Shown one piece after another: positions 11,624 to 22,266 of a stretch of DNA of 64,000 nt. A program made the position numbers and the translations under genes. The notes beneath the pieces were generated by a model. The model worked only from the letters and a program-made list of their open reading frames with translations, was not told the origin of the DNA and searched no databases. This DNA is from a virus. Location: IMG/VR virus record IMGVR_UViG_3300045988_123629; one strand, written 5' to 3'. The first letter of the stretch is position 1. Every line of letters begins with the position of its first letter.

Positions 11624-12619
11624 TTACTTATTTTCCATTTGAGGAAGAAGATCATCTTTAATTTCGCCAACAATTAAAGATACAAATTCTGCCTGTTCAG
11701 GAGTGGCGTCAGAAATTTTCTTGCCTTTACCCAAATATTTATCAATAATTTGAGTGATACGAGGACCAAAGAATCCAGGATTCTTATTCATCATATCTCC
11801 AGCAAGATTTTGGAATTCAGCCATAAGTGCTTCATAATCATAAGTAGGAGCTTCAGGGGCAACGACCATCTTTTCATCAGTGACAAATTTACCACCATTG
11901 TCAGCTGCTTCCTTATCAATAGCCTCATGGATAGCATTAATAAGACTATCATAATTCATAGGAATTTCACTCTCGATATACTTAAAACGACCACCACAGT
12001 CAATAAGGTCATTACCAGAACGAAGAGTTAGGACAGACATTTGACCTGCCGCCTTTTGATGAGCATATCCATAAACATCAGCCATACCAGTGATAATAGT
12101 GCGAGTGGATTGAGAAAGATTTGGTCTTACTGCCACAACCTCAGTACCATCAGGGCGAGTCACAGTTTGTTCTTTTTCATGTCCGATAAAGAAAACAGCA
12201 TATCCAAGACGAGTTAAACCTCTAAAGACTTCATTAAATTCATCTTTGAACTTAGACCAGCCCTTACCATAACCAAGGTCTCCAAGAGATTCAATCTGAT
12301 TTTGATTACAGATATATTTCTCACAATATTTAGCAGCTTCATCAATAGTATCTACAATAATAGCATTATACATTGCCTTTACTTCTGGACGCTTCAAATC
12401 ACGATAGACTTGCTTCATTTCTGCCCAAGAAGTAATGTCGGCGGCCATAACACCAGGAAGGCAGTTATAGCCCTGCTCGAAAGCTAAAAGCAAAGAATTC
12501 GGCATCTGAGTTGCCAAAGTAGTCTTGCCGGTCTTGGGCTTGCCATAAATAAAAGTAATATAACCAGAAAGATCTTTACTTACCTTATGAGGTTGAATTT
12601 TAGTTAAATCAATAGCCAT
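11624..12619 (-). CDS. AAA-family ATPase (Sak4/AAA_24-like recombination-associated ATPase)
   Basis: Track ORF of 331 aa with a GKPKTGKTTLA P-loop. An IVDTIDE stretch (Walker B-like) is followed by a RecA-like core. Confidence 0.5.
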   Translation of the reverse strand: MAIDLTKIQPHKVSKDLSGYITFIYGKPKTGKTTLATQMPNSLLLAFEQGYNCLPGVMAADITSWAEMKQVYRDLKRPEVKAMYNAIIVDTIDEAAKYCEKYICNQNQIESLGDLGYGKGWSKFKDEFNEVFRGLTRLGYAVFFIGHEKEQTVTRPDGTEVVAVRPNLSQSTRTIITGMADVYGYAHQKAAGQMSVLTLRSGNDLIDCGGRFKYIESEIPMNYDSLINAIHEAIDKEAADNGGKFVTDEKMVVAPEAPTYDYEALMAEFQNLAGDMMNKNPGFFGPRITQIIDKYLGKGKKISDATPEQAEFVSLIVGEIKDDLLPQMENK

Positions 12620-12715
12620 TATGTTATTTCTCCTTATTTGTTTTAATTATTATCTCTTTAAGTATTTCTTCTAAATTTAGTATATTACAAAAATCATCAT
12701 ATAAATTAACTTTAG

Positions 12716-12744
12716 CGCGATGACCTCTTATTGGGAGGTCATCG
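12716..12744 (-). terminator. rho-independent terminator hairpin
   Basis: Reads gcgatgacctc-ttattg-ggaggtcatcgc, an 11-bp stem. Confidence 0.5.
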
Positions 12745-12766
12745 CTATTTAATGGCTAATTCATGA

Positions 12767-13714
12767 TTAGAATTTAAAACCTTCTGTAGCAGTGGATGCA
12801 ACAGTAGTAGCAGTAGTGGCATTCTGCTTAGAAGCTTTATATTCATCTTGGCGCTGCTTCAAAGTAGCAAGATAAGTCTCACGTGCGGCCATAGCTTCAG
12901 TAAGTTCTTTCGCAGTGATAGAACTTTCATCATCCCAAACATAAGGCTCCTTAGCGCCACCGGTAATAACAAAATCCTTACGAGTGCTCTAAACTTCACG
13001 AACATTATCGTCGCCAAATGCAGACTCTTCACGAATCTCACGCTTAATTACTTCAGATACCTGACGACCCCAAAGCTTTGTGAATACAGGCTCAGAAGGA
13101 GAAGCTCCAAGACCCTCATAATAAGCCATGGCTCCAGGATTAGTAGCTGTAAATTCAACAGGAAGCAAAGACTTACGAAAATCAAAAATTGCTCCCTTAA
13201 CAATTACTTTTTCAGGGATATTGTGCTCTTCATCAGCATCAACATGAGTTACATTGGTGATAATCATGTCGCACTTAAAAGTATTGCGCTGCTTTTCATC
13301 ATCAATAAGAGTAGTAGTAGTATGAACAAATCCACCCTCATTGCGCTTAGTGCTTACAAGCTCTTCCTTACCATTACGGTCAGAATAAAATTCATTAAGA
13401 CCAATCGCGGAATCAACACGAAGCTTAGCAGCTTTATCTTCTCCATCAGCCATATAATTACCGATTGTACCATCAATAATATTCTGAAGAATACTATATG
13501 TAGCATTAGGAGTGCCCTTAGTAGTAGTTTGAGTTACATAAGTAAAGTGAACCTGGACGATATTAGTAAGAGCATTATCAGTAGCAATACTAATAGTACC
13601 AGAAATAAAAGGAGTGCCGGGGTTTTTAGAATTTGGTCCGGTTACCTTATTTTCCAAAGCATGTTCGTACAAGATACCTTCAATATGAGTAGCATTTTCC
13701 ATTACTTTCTTCAT
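12767..13714 (-). CDS. hypothetical protein (about 315 aa; candidate structural or scaffold) with one in-frame TAG
   Basis: Track ORF 12989..13714 continues through a TAG at 12989 for 73 more codons (..AKELTEAMAARETYLATLKQRQDEYK..) to a TAA at 12769..12767. A hairpin terminator lies downstream. Confidence 0.4.
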
Positions 13715-13728
13715 AAATAAATTTCTCC

Positions 13729-14106
13729 TTAATTAAATAAATTCAATAAATTAATATTTTTTCCTTTTTCTGTTAAAGTATAAATAATTGGATCTTGACT
13801 AACTTTTTCTACGAAACCATCAGATACTAATTTGCGCATGGAACCCGCAACTCCACGGCTAGACACACCGAGATATTCGGCAATTTCTCTTGATTTAACA
13901 AGAGGAATATCTTTATTATTATCTTGCATCCATTTAATAATGGCCTTTCCGCCCTCAGTAAATAGAGGCTTTTCAGTTTCTTCTTTAGCTTTTAACGCTT
14001 CCCAATAGATACGAGCGTCTTCACTCATTACTACTGGATAGCGGTTTTCATTAGTGGCAACAATTAATTCTTCAACATAATCAATAAATGCTTGTTTCTT
14101 ACTCAT
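13729..14106 (-). CDS. winged-helix/HTH DNA-binding protein (125 aa)
   Basis: Track ORF containing REIAEYLGVSSRGVAGSMRKL, which resembles an HTH. Confidence 0.4.
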   Translation of the reverse strand: MSKKQAFIDYVEELIVATNENRYPVVMSEDARIYWEALKAKEETEKPLFTEGGKAIIKWMQDNNKDIPLVKSREIAEYLGVSSRGVAGSMRKLVSDGFVEKVSQDPIIYTLTEKGKNINLLNLFN

Positions 14107-14144
14107 TTTAAAAAGTTTATAACCTTTCTTTATCTTATATAAAT

Positions 14145-14173
14145 ATTATATAATATTTATTTAGAAAAATCAA
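14145..14173 (-). promoter_or_regulatory. promoter P2 (TTGATT-17-TATAAT)
   Basis: Conserved motif copy upstream of 13729..14106. Confidence 0.5.
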
Positions 14174-14267
14174 GTTGTGATTAATTTACCAATAGTTCTT
14201 CCGCATAAGGAAGAGTTTCAATCCATTTACAGAACTCTCTCCATTCGGGAAGACGATGGTTTTTTCT

Positions 14268-14843
14268 CTAAATATATATGTTTCTTAAACATCTATAATT
14301 AGTAGTTAATCTTGCGGTAAGCAAAAATCCAGCAGGATTAGAGTATAGAATTTCAAGATATTTTTCTTTTCTAATCTCTTCTAACTGCTCAAGCATTTTA
14401 ATTTTCTCATTTTTATTTTCAGTTTCACAATGCTTAATTCTATCAATAATACTTAAAAGTTTATTATAAATATCAACTTTTTCACGCATTATCTCAATGA
14501 TTCTTGAATCAACATATTCATTATATTGTTCATTTAAATCAAATTTAGTAATGCAATGCATTGTGGATTGTGAAGATACAAATTCAAGGAATCTATATCT
14601 TTCTGCTTCGACCCAAGCCTTATTGGAAAAAGTTAAATCAAAATTAACTCTAATACCAGTTAAAAATTGGGCATGAGCCATATTGCCACTTTTTGTGGCA
14701 GACACAAGACTCTAACATCTTGTCATATCTTTATCATTAATTGGATGTTGCTCGGTATCCGTTCTCATTGGATATCCAGAAGCAACCATACTTTCTGGTA
14801 AGTCATAGACTCTTACGTTACTAACGATTTTATTATTTTTCAT
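14268..14843 (-). CDS. hypothetical protein (191 aa) with one in-frame TAG
   Basis: Track ORF 14268..14705 extends through a TAG to ATG 14843..14841, which has a GAGGA RBS. Confidence 0.45.
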
Positions 14844-14845
14844 AA

Positions 14846-15121
14846 TCAATCCTCATTACTTAAAGTATATCCGCTTAGATTATGCCCAAGAGAACGAACA
14901 AAACAATCAAGTTCATCAATAAATACCATACTGCCTTTTGGATAATTCCCATTTATATAATCATAATATGAAATAAAATCAATTCCAATAATTCCATATC
15001 CTTCTGACTTAATTCTCATAGCATCAGGATTAGAACAAGCAATAATAGCATTTTTCTCTTTGGCTAACAGTATTAATCTACTCGTTTTTCCTGTTCCACG
15101 TTTATCAATTATTCTATACAT
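14846..15121 (-). CDS. small P-loop protein (91 aa)
   Basis: Track ORF containing GTGKTS. Ends with TGA. Confidence 0.3.
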   Translation of the reverse strand: MYRIIDKRGTGKTSRLILLAKEKNAIIACSNPDAMRIKSEGYGIIGIDFISYYDYINGNYPKGSMVFIDELDCFVRSLGHNLSGYTLSNED

Positions 15122-15546
15122 TATTTTATACTATACCCAAATTCCTTAGCTTTAAAATAGTCTTGCCAGTAATCTTCTCGCACATCTAACTCTTCACGAG
15201 AACATTCTTCTATTACTTCAAAACTAAAATTTTCTACTCCAATAGCCAACATAGCAGGATAAAGTTTATTGCGTGTGGCGGGTTCCGCCCCAATTCCGCG
15301 TTTAATATGCTGTTTCCAACGTGCGGAAAGATCGACTGCTTGACCCACATAACACATTTGATTTTCTAAATTAGTAATTTTATAAATTCCTGTGTGGATT
15401 CCAGAGCCAATTACTCGACCAATTAAATCTGTGGTTGGTTTTTCATAATAGCTTTTCCAAATTACTTTATTTAAAATATCTTTATCACGAAGTTTCGGCT
15501 CAATAGAACGAAGAAGACTGATTTCATCAATATCTATTTGAGGCAA
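15121..15546 (-). CDS. GIY-YIG endonuclease domain protein
   Basis: Contains GIYKITN...YVGQA..RW.QH...KLY.AM..GVENFSFEVIEECSREEL..RE.YW. The frame is continuous with the upstream TM/coiled-coil ORF through a TAG at 15547-15549. Confidence 0.65.
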   Translation of the reverse strand: MPQIDIDEISLLRSIEPKLRDKDILNKVIWKSYYEKPTTDLIGRVIGSGIHTGIYKITNLENQMCYVGQAVDLSARWKQHIKRGIGAEPATRNKLYPAMLAIGVENFSFEVIEECSREELDVREDYWQDYFKAKEFGYSIK

Positions 15547-16124
15547 CTATAATTTATAGAAATCAGCTTGGTTTTTAATTTCTTCGGCACGTTTCGCAGC
15601 ATCAACTGCGGCCGCGACTTCTCTACTATGTAATTGAATTTCTTCATCTAATTTATTTAATTCTTCTTTTTTAGAATCAATTAAATTAGATAATTCTAAA
15701 GAACAATCAACAAGAGTTGATTGATATTCATTTTCATATTCTTCTTTAGCTTTCGTATATTTAAATTCTTGTTTATTTAAATCATATTCAAGGCGAACAC
15801 GAGCATTTTCCATTGATTGCTGATAGAAAATATCCGCTGATTGCTTTGCTTGGTTCTATAAAGAATTTAAACTATTTTCAACTTCGTCTCTTTTGGACTA
15901 AAGAATATTTAAATTATTTTCTACTTCTTCTTTTCTGGAAGTAATACCTTTTACTGCCGTTGATAATATTGTATACTAATCATCTAAATCTGAATTTTTA
16001 TATTCAAGCTCTTTATTTTGTTTTATTATTTCTTCATTAAGCTTTTGAATATTATTTAGTCGTGGACGTAAAATAAAATATATTAAAAATCCACCAATAA
16101 TAAACGCCAGTATAGCAATTATTA
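15547..16124 (-). CDS. membrane-anchored coiled-coil protein (N-terminal TM helix) in frame with the GIY-YIG ORF
   Basis: ATG at 16124..16122. It begins with a hydrophobic helix (MLTLIIAILAFIIGGFLIYFIL) and then a long coiled coil. It holds three internal TAGs and the terminal TAG that joins it in frame to 15121..15546. Confidence 0.4.
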
Positions 16125-16148
16125 AAGTAAGCATAAATATTTAAAAAA

Positions 16149-16178
16149 GAAGGGGCAGATATTAAATATCTACCCCTT
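16149..16178 (-). terminator. terminator hairpin
   Basis: Reads aaggggcagatat-taa-atatctacccctt. Confidence 0.45.
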
Positions 16179-16193
16179 AATAATTTATATTAA

Positions 16194-16463
16194 TTACTCC
16201 GCGTCAGGAGCGTCGGGATCAAAGCTCATGCCAGCGGGAGTGAGAGAGAGGAACTTGACCTGCTTATGAGTGCCATCCTCAAGCTCAACCTCAGCGGGAG
16301 TGCGAAGACCGAGACCCTTGCGCTGAATAGCACTGGTAAAGATACCATCAACAGAACGCTTCTCGAGACCGAGAGCCTCAGCAACATCAGCAGCGGTAAC
16401 TTCCTGACCGTTAACTTCCTTCAAATAATTAAGAACCTTCTTAGAATTTTCCTTCATAGCCAT
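16194..16463 (-). CDS. small acidic DNA-binding-like protein (89 aa)
   Basis: Track ORF. A terminator hairpin lies downstream and promoter P3 upstream. Confidence 0.35.
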   Translation of the reverse strand: MAMKENSKKVLNYLKEVNGQEVTAADVAEALGLEKRSVDGIFTSAIQRKGLGLRTPAEVELEDGTHKQVKFLSLTPAGMSFDPDAPDAE

Positions 16464-16537
16464 AATAATAATAATCTCCTTTAAATAATTAAATATTTTT
16501 TTTTATTTTTTTCTTTTAACCTTTAGGTTATGTAAAT

Positions 16538-16566
16538 ATTATAGTAAAAAATTTTTTATTTGTCAA
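16538..16566 (-). promoter_or_regulatory. promoter P3 (TTGACA-17-TATAAT)
   Basis: Conserved motif copy upstream of 16194..16463. It shares a 25-nt block (aaaaaattttttatttgtcaa) with P4. Confidence 0.5.
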
Positions 16567-16756
16567 GAATTTTTCCAAGAATTTCTTGAACCATTTCATC
16601 AATGGTTGTAATATCATCAAGACTGTGAACGTGGCTCGAAAGTTCCATAATTTGATTCTGGGCTTTACGAACAGCTTGCGGGTCTTCACTTGTCTGAACG
16701 ACTAATTCTGCATTAGCAATTTTTTTTGCGAGATTCTTGAGTTCTTTTGTTTTCAT
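16556..16756 (-). CDS. hypothetical protein (66 aa)
   Basis: Track ORF with promoter-like P4 upstream. Confidence 0.3.
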   Translation of the reverse strand: MKTKELKNLAKKIANAELVVQTSEDPQAVRKAQNQIMELSSHVHSLDDITTIDEMVQEILGKILDK

Positions 16757-16780
16757 TTAAAAATTTTCTTCCTTAATTTT

Positions 16781-16809
16781 TACAAGTTTATTTTACAAAA
16801 AATTTTTTT
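16781..16809 (-). promoter_or_regulatory. promoter-like P4 (TTGACA-17-TAAAAT)
   Basis: Same -35 block as P3, with a weaker -10. Confidence 0.35.
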
Positions 16810-18025
16810 ATTTGTCAAAACATTCCGCCAAAGTGCAGTCGGTAATGTTCTTATCATCGCGGAATCCTTTAAAAAATCCATGTCTTAAAGTGTGGTCTTT
16901 GCTATTTTTTTCCATACACTGTATGGCAACTACTCGATTAAGGTATTTTTCAGGTTCCTTAGCAAAAGCTTCTTTAAGTTCATCGGTTAATCCAGAAGAT
17001 ACCGTTCCGATTTCAATAAGATTTCCTTTATCATCATAGGCGCCTAACTTCATAGATGTCTTCCATCCATAATAATAGCCTTTGGTAACTGGCATATAGT
17101 ATCTTTCATCATCGTTTATTAGTTGAGACCTACAATTTGTATTATTACAATTTTGAGTATACTTATAATAATAATTACCACTTAATAATTGAGGATTAAT
17201 CCAACCAGCAAAACAATGGTCTTCTTCAAAGCAATCATAAAAACTTGGTTCTTTTACTTCCCAATACTGCCAGCTTTGAATTTCTTTACCATCATAATAT
17301 TTAGTTGCATCTTCAAATCCAATACAAATACAATCAACATAGTCCATTTTTTTAATTTTAATAGAAGACCATGCCGGTCGCTTATCTGGAACATATGGAG
17401 CATCTTTTTTCTTCAAAACTGCGCCTTCTTCACCCGCAGTAAGAGCGGCCGCAGTAAATTCTTGAATATTGTCAAGAACTGCATCTGCAAGTTCCATATA
17501 AGAATATTGACTTAAATTAAATTTATCCCAAATAGCTTTTAATACCTGATAACGTGTCCAAGCACCCTCATTTTGAATATTAATTCCATTATATTTAATA
17601 ACATCATGTAAATAATAATGAATTAATCCACTGGACTGCTGACGTTTAATCGCTTCAGGTGCTAAACATCCCATAATTTTAGTCACATCTTTAGAAGTTT
17701 TACCTGGATAATAAATTTCACCTATTAAAATAGTGCCGGAAGGTAAATCTTTGAGTGCTTCATGAATATGAGGGACATTTGCCAACTTTTCAGTTAAAAT
17801 ACCAGTATTTGCACTTATATTACGACTAAATAAATAATCATAATGTTCTGTCTTTTCATACTGATACCAATATCCATCTTTCTTTAATTCAGCAAAATAT
17901 TCACCGCCATTACAAACAACGGGGAAAAGACTCTCTTTACCATCGGGCAATTTCCAAATTTTCATTGCTTGAATACAATCTGCTTCTGGAGCATACTTAT
18001 CAAGCAATTCTTTAGAGAAACTCAT
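16808..18025 (-). CDS. ATP-dependent DNA ligase
   Basis: Track ORF of 405 aa. Motif I reads ELKKDG (KxDG) and the nucleotidyltransferase and OB regions are present. Confidence 0.65.
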   Translation of the reverse strand: MSFSKELLDKYAPEADCIQAMKIWKLPDGKESLFPVVCNGGEYFAELKKDGYWYQYEKTEHYDYLFSRNISANTGILTEKLANVPHIHEALKDLPSGTILIGEIYYPGKTSKDVTKIMGCLAPEAIKRQQSSGLIHYYLHDVIKYNGINIQNEGAWTRYQVLKAIWDKFNLSQYSYMELADAVLDNIQEFTAAALTAGEEGAVLKKKDAPYVPDKRPAWSSIKIKKMDYVDCICIGFEDATKYYDGKEIQSWQYWEVKEPSFYDCFEEDHCFAGWINPQLLSGNYYYKYTQNCNNTNCRSQLINDDERYYMPVTKGYYYGWKTSMKLGAYDDKGNLIEIGTVSSGLTDELKEAFAKEPEKYLNRVVAIQCMEKNSKDHTLRHGFFKGFRDDKNITDCTLAECFDK

Positions 18026-18054
18026 TGATTTATTTCCGTCCTATCTTTAAATAT

Positions 18055-18083
18055 ATTATAGAAAAATTTTTTAAAAAAATCAA
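18055..18083 (-). promoter_or_regulatory. promoter P5 (TTGATT-17-TATAAT)
   Basis: Upstream of the DNA ligase gene. Confidence 0.5.
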
Positions 18084-18084
18084 G

Positions 18085-18109
18085 TAAAGGAGGATACAAT
18101 CCTCCTTTA
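18085..18109 (-). terminator. terminator hairpin downstream of gyrA-like gene
   Basis: Reads aaaggaggat-acaa-tcctccttt. Confidence 0.45.
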
Positions 18110-18116
18110 TGAGATT

Positions 18117-20534
18117 TTATACCTTAGTTGCTGACTTAATCTTGCTAGACTTAATAATCTGATTACCAACAGAAATACGTCCAAGAGCAGGAATGTCTTT
18201 TGCGGAAACGCAAATAGATGCTTTATCCCCTGTAATAAGTAGGTTATCTTCATCAGCAATTAGCGCGGTTGTGGTCAATGGACCGGTAGACCCACTCGTT
18301 TTATATATATTAAGACCTTTACCGCCACGTTTTTGTAAAGTCAATTCATTTAAAGATAATTTCTTTCCTAAGCCATTTTCACTAAATACTGCGATAGAAT
18401 CAGTATCATGTCGAATTGGCATAGTAGAAATTACTTCATCACCTTCGTTAAGATTAATACCTTTAACTCCAGCAGTAGCACGAGAGGTCGCAGTAATGTC
18501 TGTGGAATTAAATTTAATTCCCATACCATTTTTAGTTGTTAATACAATAGGCTCATCTTTAATTAAACATACAGATGCTAAGCTATCACCTTCGCGCAAA
18601 CTAATTGCGACAATACCGGTCTTTTTCTTTGTATTAATATACTCTTCCAAAGCAGTCTTCTTTACAAGTCCATTCTTAGTAGTAAATAATACATATTTGG
18701 CATCAGTGTCTCTATAAATTGAATACATTGTCTCAGGATTTTCGTCAGGAGCCATATTTACAAGACTTTTAATAGATTGGCCTTGTGAACTATTTGTTCC
18801 TACTGGAATATTGTCAACTAAAAGGCGATACATTACACCTTTATTTGAGAAAATCATTAGAGAATCAATGGTATTAGTTCTTAAAACACAAGAGGTAATA
18901 TCTTCTTGAGATTTAATACCTTTACCATTTTTCTTTTGCGTGCGATAAGAAGCTGTCGGAATACGCTTAATTGTTCCGCCCTCAGTCATTACAACAACAC
19001 ACTTCTCAGGTTCAACATACTCAATTTCTTTATCTTCTTTCTCTACTGGAGCTTGAATGATTTTAGTAATACGCGCATCACCATAAGTATTTTTAATAGT
19101 AATGAAAATCTTTTCAAGTTCATCAGTAGGGTCTTTAAGAATTAAAGCTAAACGCTCGCTCTCCTTAATTAAATTATCTCTTTCCTCTTGGATCTCAACT
19201 TTTTCTAAACGAGCCAGTCTACTTAATTTAATGTCAAGAATTGCCTTAGCCTGGTCTTCATCCAGGTTATATTGAGTCATTAAAGCTTGACGAGCAACAA
19301 TAGCGCTTTCGCTCTTTTTAATAAGAGCAATTACGTTATCAATATCTTCAAGTGCTTTAAGGATACCATTTAAAATATGAATACGAGCTTGTGCTTTATC
19401 ATATTCATATTTTGTTTTTCTTAATATTACATCTTTTTGATGACTAATATAAATTTCAATAAGTTGTTTAAGATTTAAAAGTTTTGGTTTCTTATTAACA
19501 AGAGCAACCTGATTAAAACTATATGTTTCTTCAAGACGAGATAACTTATAAAGCTTAGAAATGATAGGTTGAGCACTAACGCCCTTATCAAGTTCAATTA
19601 CAAAACGCACTCCATCTTTAGTGCTTTCATCTCTAATGGCAACAATACCATTTAATTTACCCTCTTCACAAAGTTTATCAATATCTTCACAAAGGGTATC
19701 TTTTGAAACTTTATAAGGAATTGTAGTAAATACAATTAAATCATGTGTTTTTTCATGCTCAATTACATAATCAGCCCTCATACGAGCTCGACCTTTACCA
19801 GTTAAATAAGCAGTCTTTAATTCATCTTTATTGATAACAGTTCCACCAGTAGGAAAATCAGGGCCTTGAACAAATTGAAGCAAATCTTCAACTTTACACT
19901 CGCTATTGCGCAAAGTGTAAATAATTGCATCCATAATTTCAGTTAAATTATGTGGAGCAAAAGAACAAGCCATAGCGACTGCAATACCAGTAGTGCCATT
20001 TACAAGAAGATGCGGAATTCGACCCGGTAAATATACTGGTTCATTTTCAACATCAGTATAAGCTAATTGCCAATCACAAGTATTCTTTTTAATATCAGCC
20101 AGCATTTCTTCGCCAACTTTAGATAATTTACATTCAGTATAACGATATGCTGCTGGTTCTCCACCATCACGACTACCATTATTACCATGGAATGAAATTA
20201 ATGGATAACGCATCGTCCAAGGTTGGCTTAAAATACATAAAGCTCCATAAATAGAGCTATCGCCGTGGGGATGAAAACGACCCATTGCATCACCGACGGG
20301 CTGAGCGCACTTAACAAACTTTTTATTATTAAAGTATCCTTTATCGAACATATCATAAAGAATACGTCTTGCAACTGGTTTTAATCCATCTTCTGCTGAT
20401 GGAATTGCTCTATCAGTTATTACACTTAAAGAGTAATCCAGGAAGGATTGCTCCACTTCATTAACTATTGGAGTTTTTAGAATCTCTCCCATATTTTTTA
20501 AGGACCTCCTCAGCTGTAATTTTTCCAGTAGCAA
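18117..20534 (-). CDS. type II DNA topoisomerase subunit A (GyrA/T4 gp52-like)
   Basis: Track ORF of 805 aa with no TAG. The N-terminus (LDYSLSVITDRAIPSAEDGLKPVARRILY) and the active-site Tyr region are GyrA-like. The true start may be the internal Met near 20492. Confidence 0.8.
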   Translation of the reverse strand: MLLEKLQLRRSLKNMGEILKTPIVNEVEQSFLDYSLSVITDRAIPSAEDGLKPVARRILYDMFDKGYFNNKKFVKCAQPVGDAMGRFHPHGDSSIYGALCILSQPWTMRYPLISFHGNNGSRDGGEPAAYRYTECKLSKVGEEMLADIKKNTCDWQLAYTDVENEPVYLPGRIPHLLVNGTTGIAVAMACSFAPHNLTEIMDAIIYTLRNSECKVEDLLQFVQGPDFPTGGTVINKDELKTAYLTGKGRARMRADYVIEHEKTHDLIVFTTIPYKVSKDTLCEDIDKLCEEGKLNGIVAIRDESTKDGVRFVIELDKGVSAQPIISKLYKLSRLEETYSFNQVALVNKKPKLLNLKQLIEIYISHQKDVILRKTKYEYDKAQARIHILNGILKALEDIDNVIALIKKSESAIVARQALMTQYNLDEDQAKAILDIKLSRLARLEKVEIQEERDNLIKESERLALILKDPTDELEKIFITIKNTYGDARITKIIQAPVEKEDKEIEYVEPEKCVVVMTEGGTIKRIPTASYRTQKKNGKGIKSQEDITSCVLRTNTIDSLMIFSNKGVMYRLLVDNIPVGTNSSQGQSIKSLVNMAPDENPETMYSIYRDTDAKYVLFTTKNGLVKKTALEEYINTKKKTGIVAISLREGDSLASVCLIKDEPIVLTTKNGMGIKFNSTDITATSRATAGVKGINLNEGDEVISTMPIRHDTDSIAVFSENGLGKKLSLNELTLQKRGGKGLNIYKTSGSTGPLTTTALIADEDNLLITGDKASICVSAKDIPALGRISVGNQIIKSSKIKSATKV

Positions 20535-20985
20535 GACCGTCTGCTAACTCGTTCCACAAATGGCCATCATGCCCGGAAATTTTTCTTAAATCAATTTTAA
20601 CTTCTTTTTCTGTTTCATAATAATCTTTAATTAAATCAAGATTTTCTGGAACTTTTTTATTGGATTTAATCCAATTATTACGCTCCCATCCATACATCCA
20701 GTTGGTAAAAGTATTTACGCAATAGGCTGAATCACTATATACAGTAGGGATATCATTAGTCCATTCTCCATTATCATGTTTGCCATATTTTTTCAATACA
20801 TGAAGAATAGCTTTAATTTCTTCTCTGTTATTTGTAGTATCTTCAAAAGCGTTTATTTGACAAGCATCAATTACAACACCATTCTCAGGATTGCTATCAT
20901 ATTCAACAACAACAAACCCATAACCACCGCTATTATTTTTTTGTCCGTTTTTGCGACAAGATCCATCAGTATAAATCGCAATCAT
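20461..20985 (-). CDS. rnhA: ribonuclease H (RNase HI-like)
   Basis: Contains YTDGSC..GGYG..TNNREEI.A...L.....YSDS.Y......W...GW.....H.G...NELAD.LA. Confidence 0.7.
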   Translation of the reverse strand: MIAIYTDGSCRKNGQKNNSGGYGFVVVEYDSNPENGVVIDACQINAFEDTTNNREEIKAILHVLKKYGKHDNGEWTNDIPTVYSDSAYCVNTFTNWMYGWERNNWIKSNKKVPENLDLIKDYYETEKEVKIDLRKISGHDGHLWNELADGLATGKITAEEVLKKYGRDSKNSNS

Positions 20986-21259
20986 GTGATGGCCTCCCTA
21001 AAAATTCATTTTCTCCACAATCAATATGAAAAGAAGTATTAGTAAAAATAGTAATTTTATCAATAAAATAATCGTTAATAATATTTACTTTATTATCTGG
21101 AAATAACTTTTGTAATTGCTCGTGGAGGTCTCTACAAGTAATTACATCAATATCTTTATTAACATGAGCTAAAATAACGTCATCTTTACGAATAGGAATT
21201 ATTTCAATAGGTGTTCCTTTATAATTACTTACATATCCCTTATCAGTTTTATACATCAA
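20966..21259 (-). CDS. hypothetical protein (97 aa)
   Basis: Track ORF. Confidence 0.3.
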   Translation of the reverse strand: MMYKTDKGYVSNYKGTPIEIIPIRKDDVILAHVNKDIDVITCRDLHEQLQKLFPDNKVNIINDYFIDKITIFTNTSFHIDCGENEFLGRPSHDCDLY

Positions 21260-21503
21260 TATTGGCCCTTTCTGCGTTTAACTCAATGAAAGATTTACGA
21301 GGGCCAACTGATTCACCCATCAAATCCATAAATGTTTTATTTACAAGATTCATATCATCCATTGTAATCTGTTTTAAGGTGCGAGTTTCTGGATTCATAA
21401 CCAATTCCATTTCATGGGTGTCCATTTCTCCTACGTGTTTATCCAATATCACTATTGGCACTGACTATTTCTTCGCTCCGGCTAACGTATTAACTGCCAT
21501 CAT
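21249..21503 (-). CDS. hypothetical protein (84 aa) with one in-frame TAG
   Basis: Track ORF 21249..21461 (GTG start) extends through a TAG to tandem ATGs at 21503 with a GGTAGG RBS. Confidence 0.3.
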
Positions 21504-21576
21504 CACGCCTACCTTTTTGAAAGTATGTATCAATAATACTTTCTACTCCCCGACAAAGGGGATAGTCGATACAGGA

Positions 21577-22266
21577 TTAAACTACGATATTTTTCCAATT
21601 CTAATAACTCCATATATTTGTGAAAGAACCATATGTAAGTTTATTAGAATAATCTTTATAAACTTCTCTTATATTTTCTCCATTTTTACGACGTAATCTT
21701 ATTTGATAAACGTCTTGTTCAGTCATTTTAGAGCGTCCATTTTTACTTCCCTAATTAGAAGTATTATGTTTATGAAAATTTTTATTTTCAATAGTGTATA
21801 CTTCTGGCATAATATTTTTCCAAGTATCACCATTCCAAATTTTATGAAAACCAGATTCACCAATTAAATTTTTGTAATCTTCATAAACTTCATTTTTTCT
21901 TTCTTGATTATTATAACGAATTCTAATATCAATAATGTCTTGTTTAGTTAATTTATGACTTGGATGACTTTCTTCAGCATTAAATTGGCCTCCAGGGGTC
22001 ATATTATACTAATCAGGATAAGTATTATAATATTTTATATAATACTATTCTCTATCATTAAGTTTTTCCATAGAACATTCTTCTAATATTTCAAAAGAAA
22101 AATTATTTATTCCATATTCTATTATATCTTTATATAATTTTTTATTTTTTTCTCTATACCAATTATATGATTTTTTATGTTCTCTAAAACGCTATTCTAT
22201 TTGTGTACTTTGTCCTATATAAGATAAGTTATTTATTTTATTGGTTATTTTATAAATACCAATCAT
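21577..22266 (-). CDS. GIY-YIG homing endonuclease (229 aa) with five in-frame TAGs and a duplicated C-terminal module
   Basis: It starts MIGIYKITNKINNLSYIGQSTQIE-TAG-RFREH..INNFSFEILEECSMEKLNDRE-TAG-YYIKYYNTYPD-TAG-YNMTPGG... Track ORF 21751..22002 is an internal piece. The frame continues through TAG 21751 to a TAA at 21577. The tail repeats the module LTKQDIIDIRIRY..EVYEDYKN..IWNGDTWKNI as MTEQDVYQIRLRR..EVYKDYSN..IWSY-TAG-NWKNI. It sits directly downstream of the GyrB-like gene. Confidence 0.7.
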
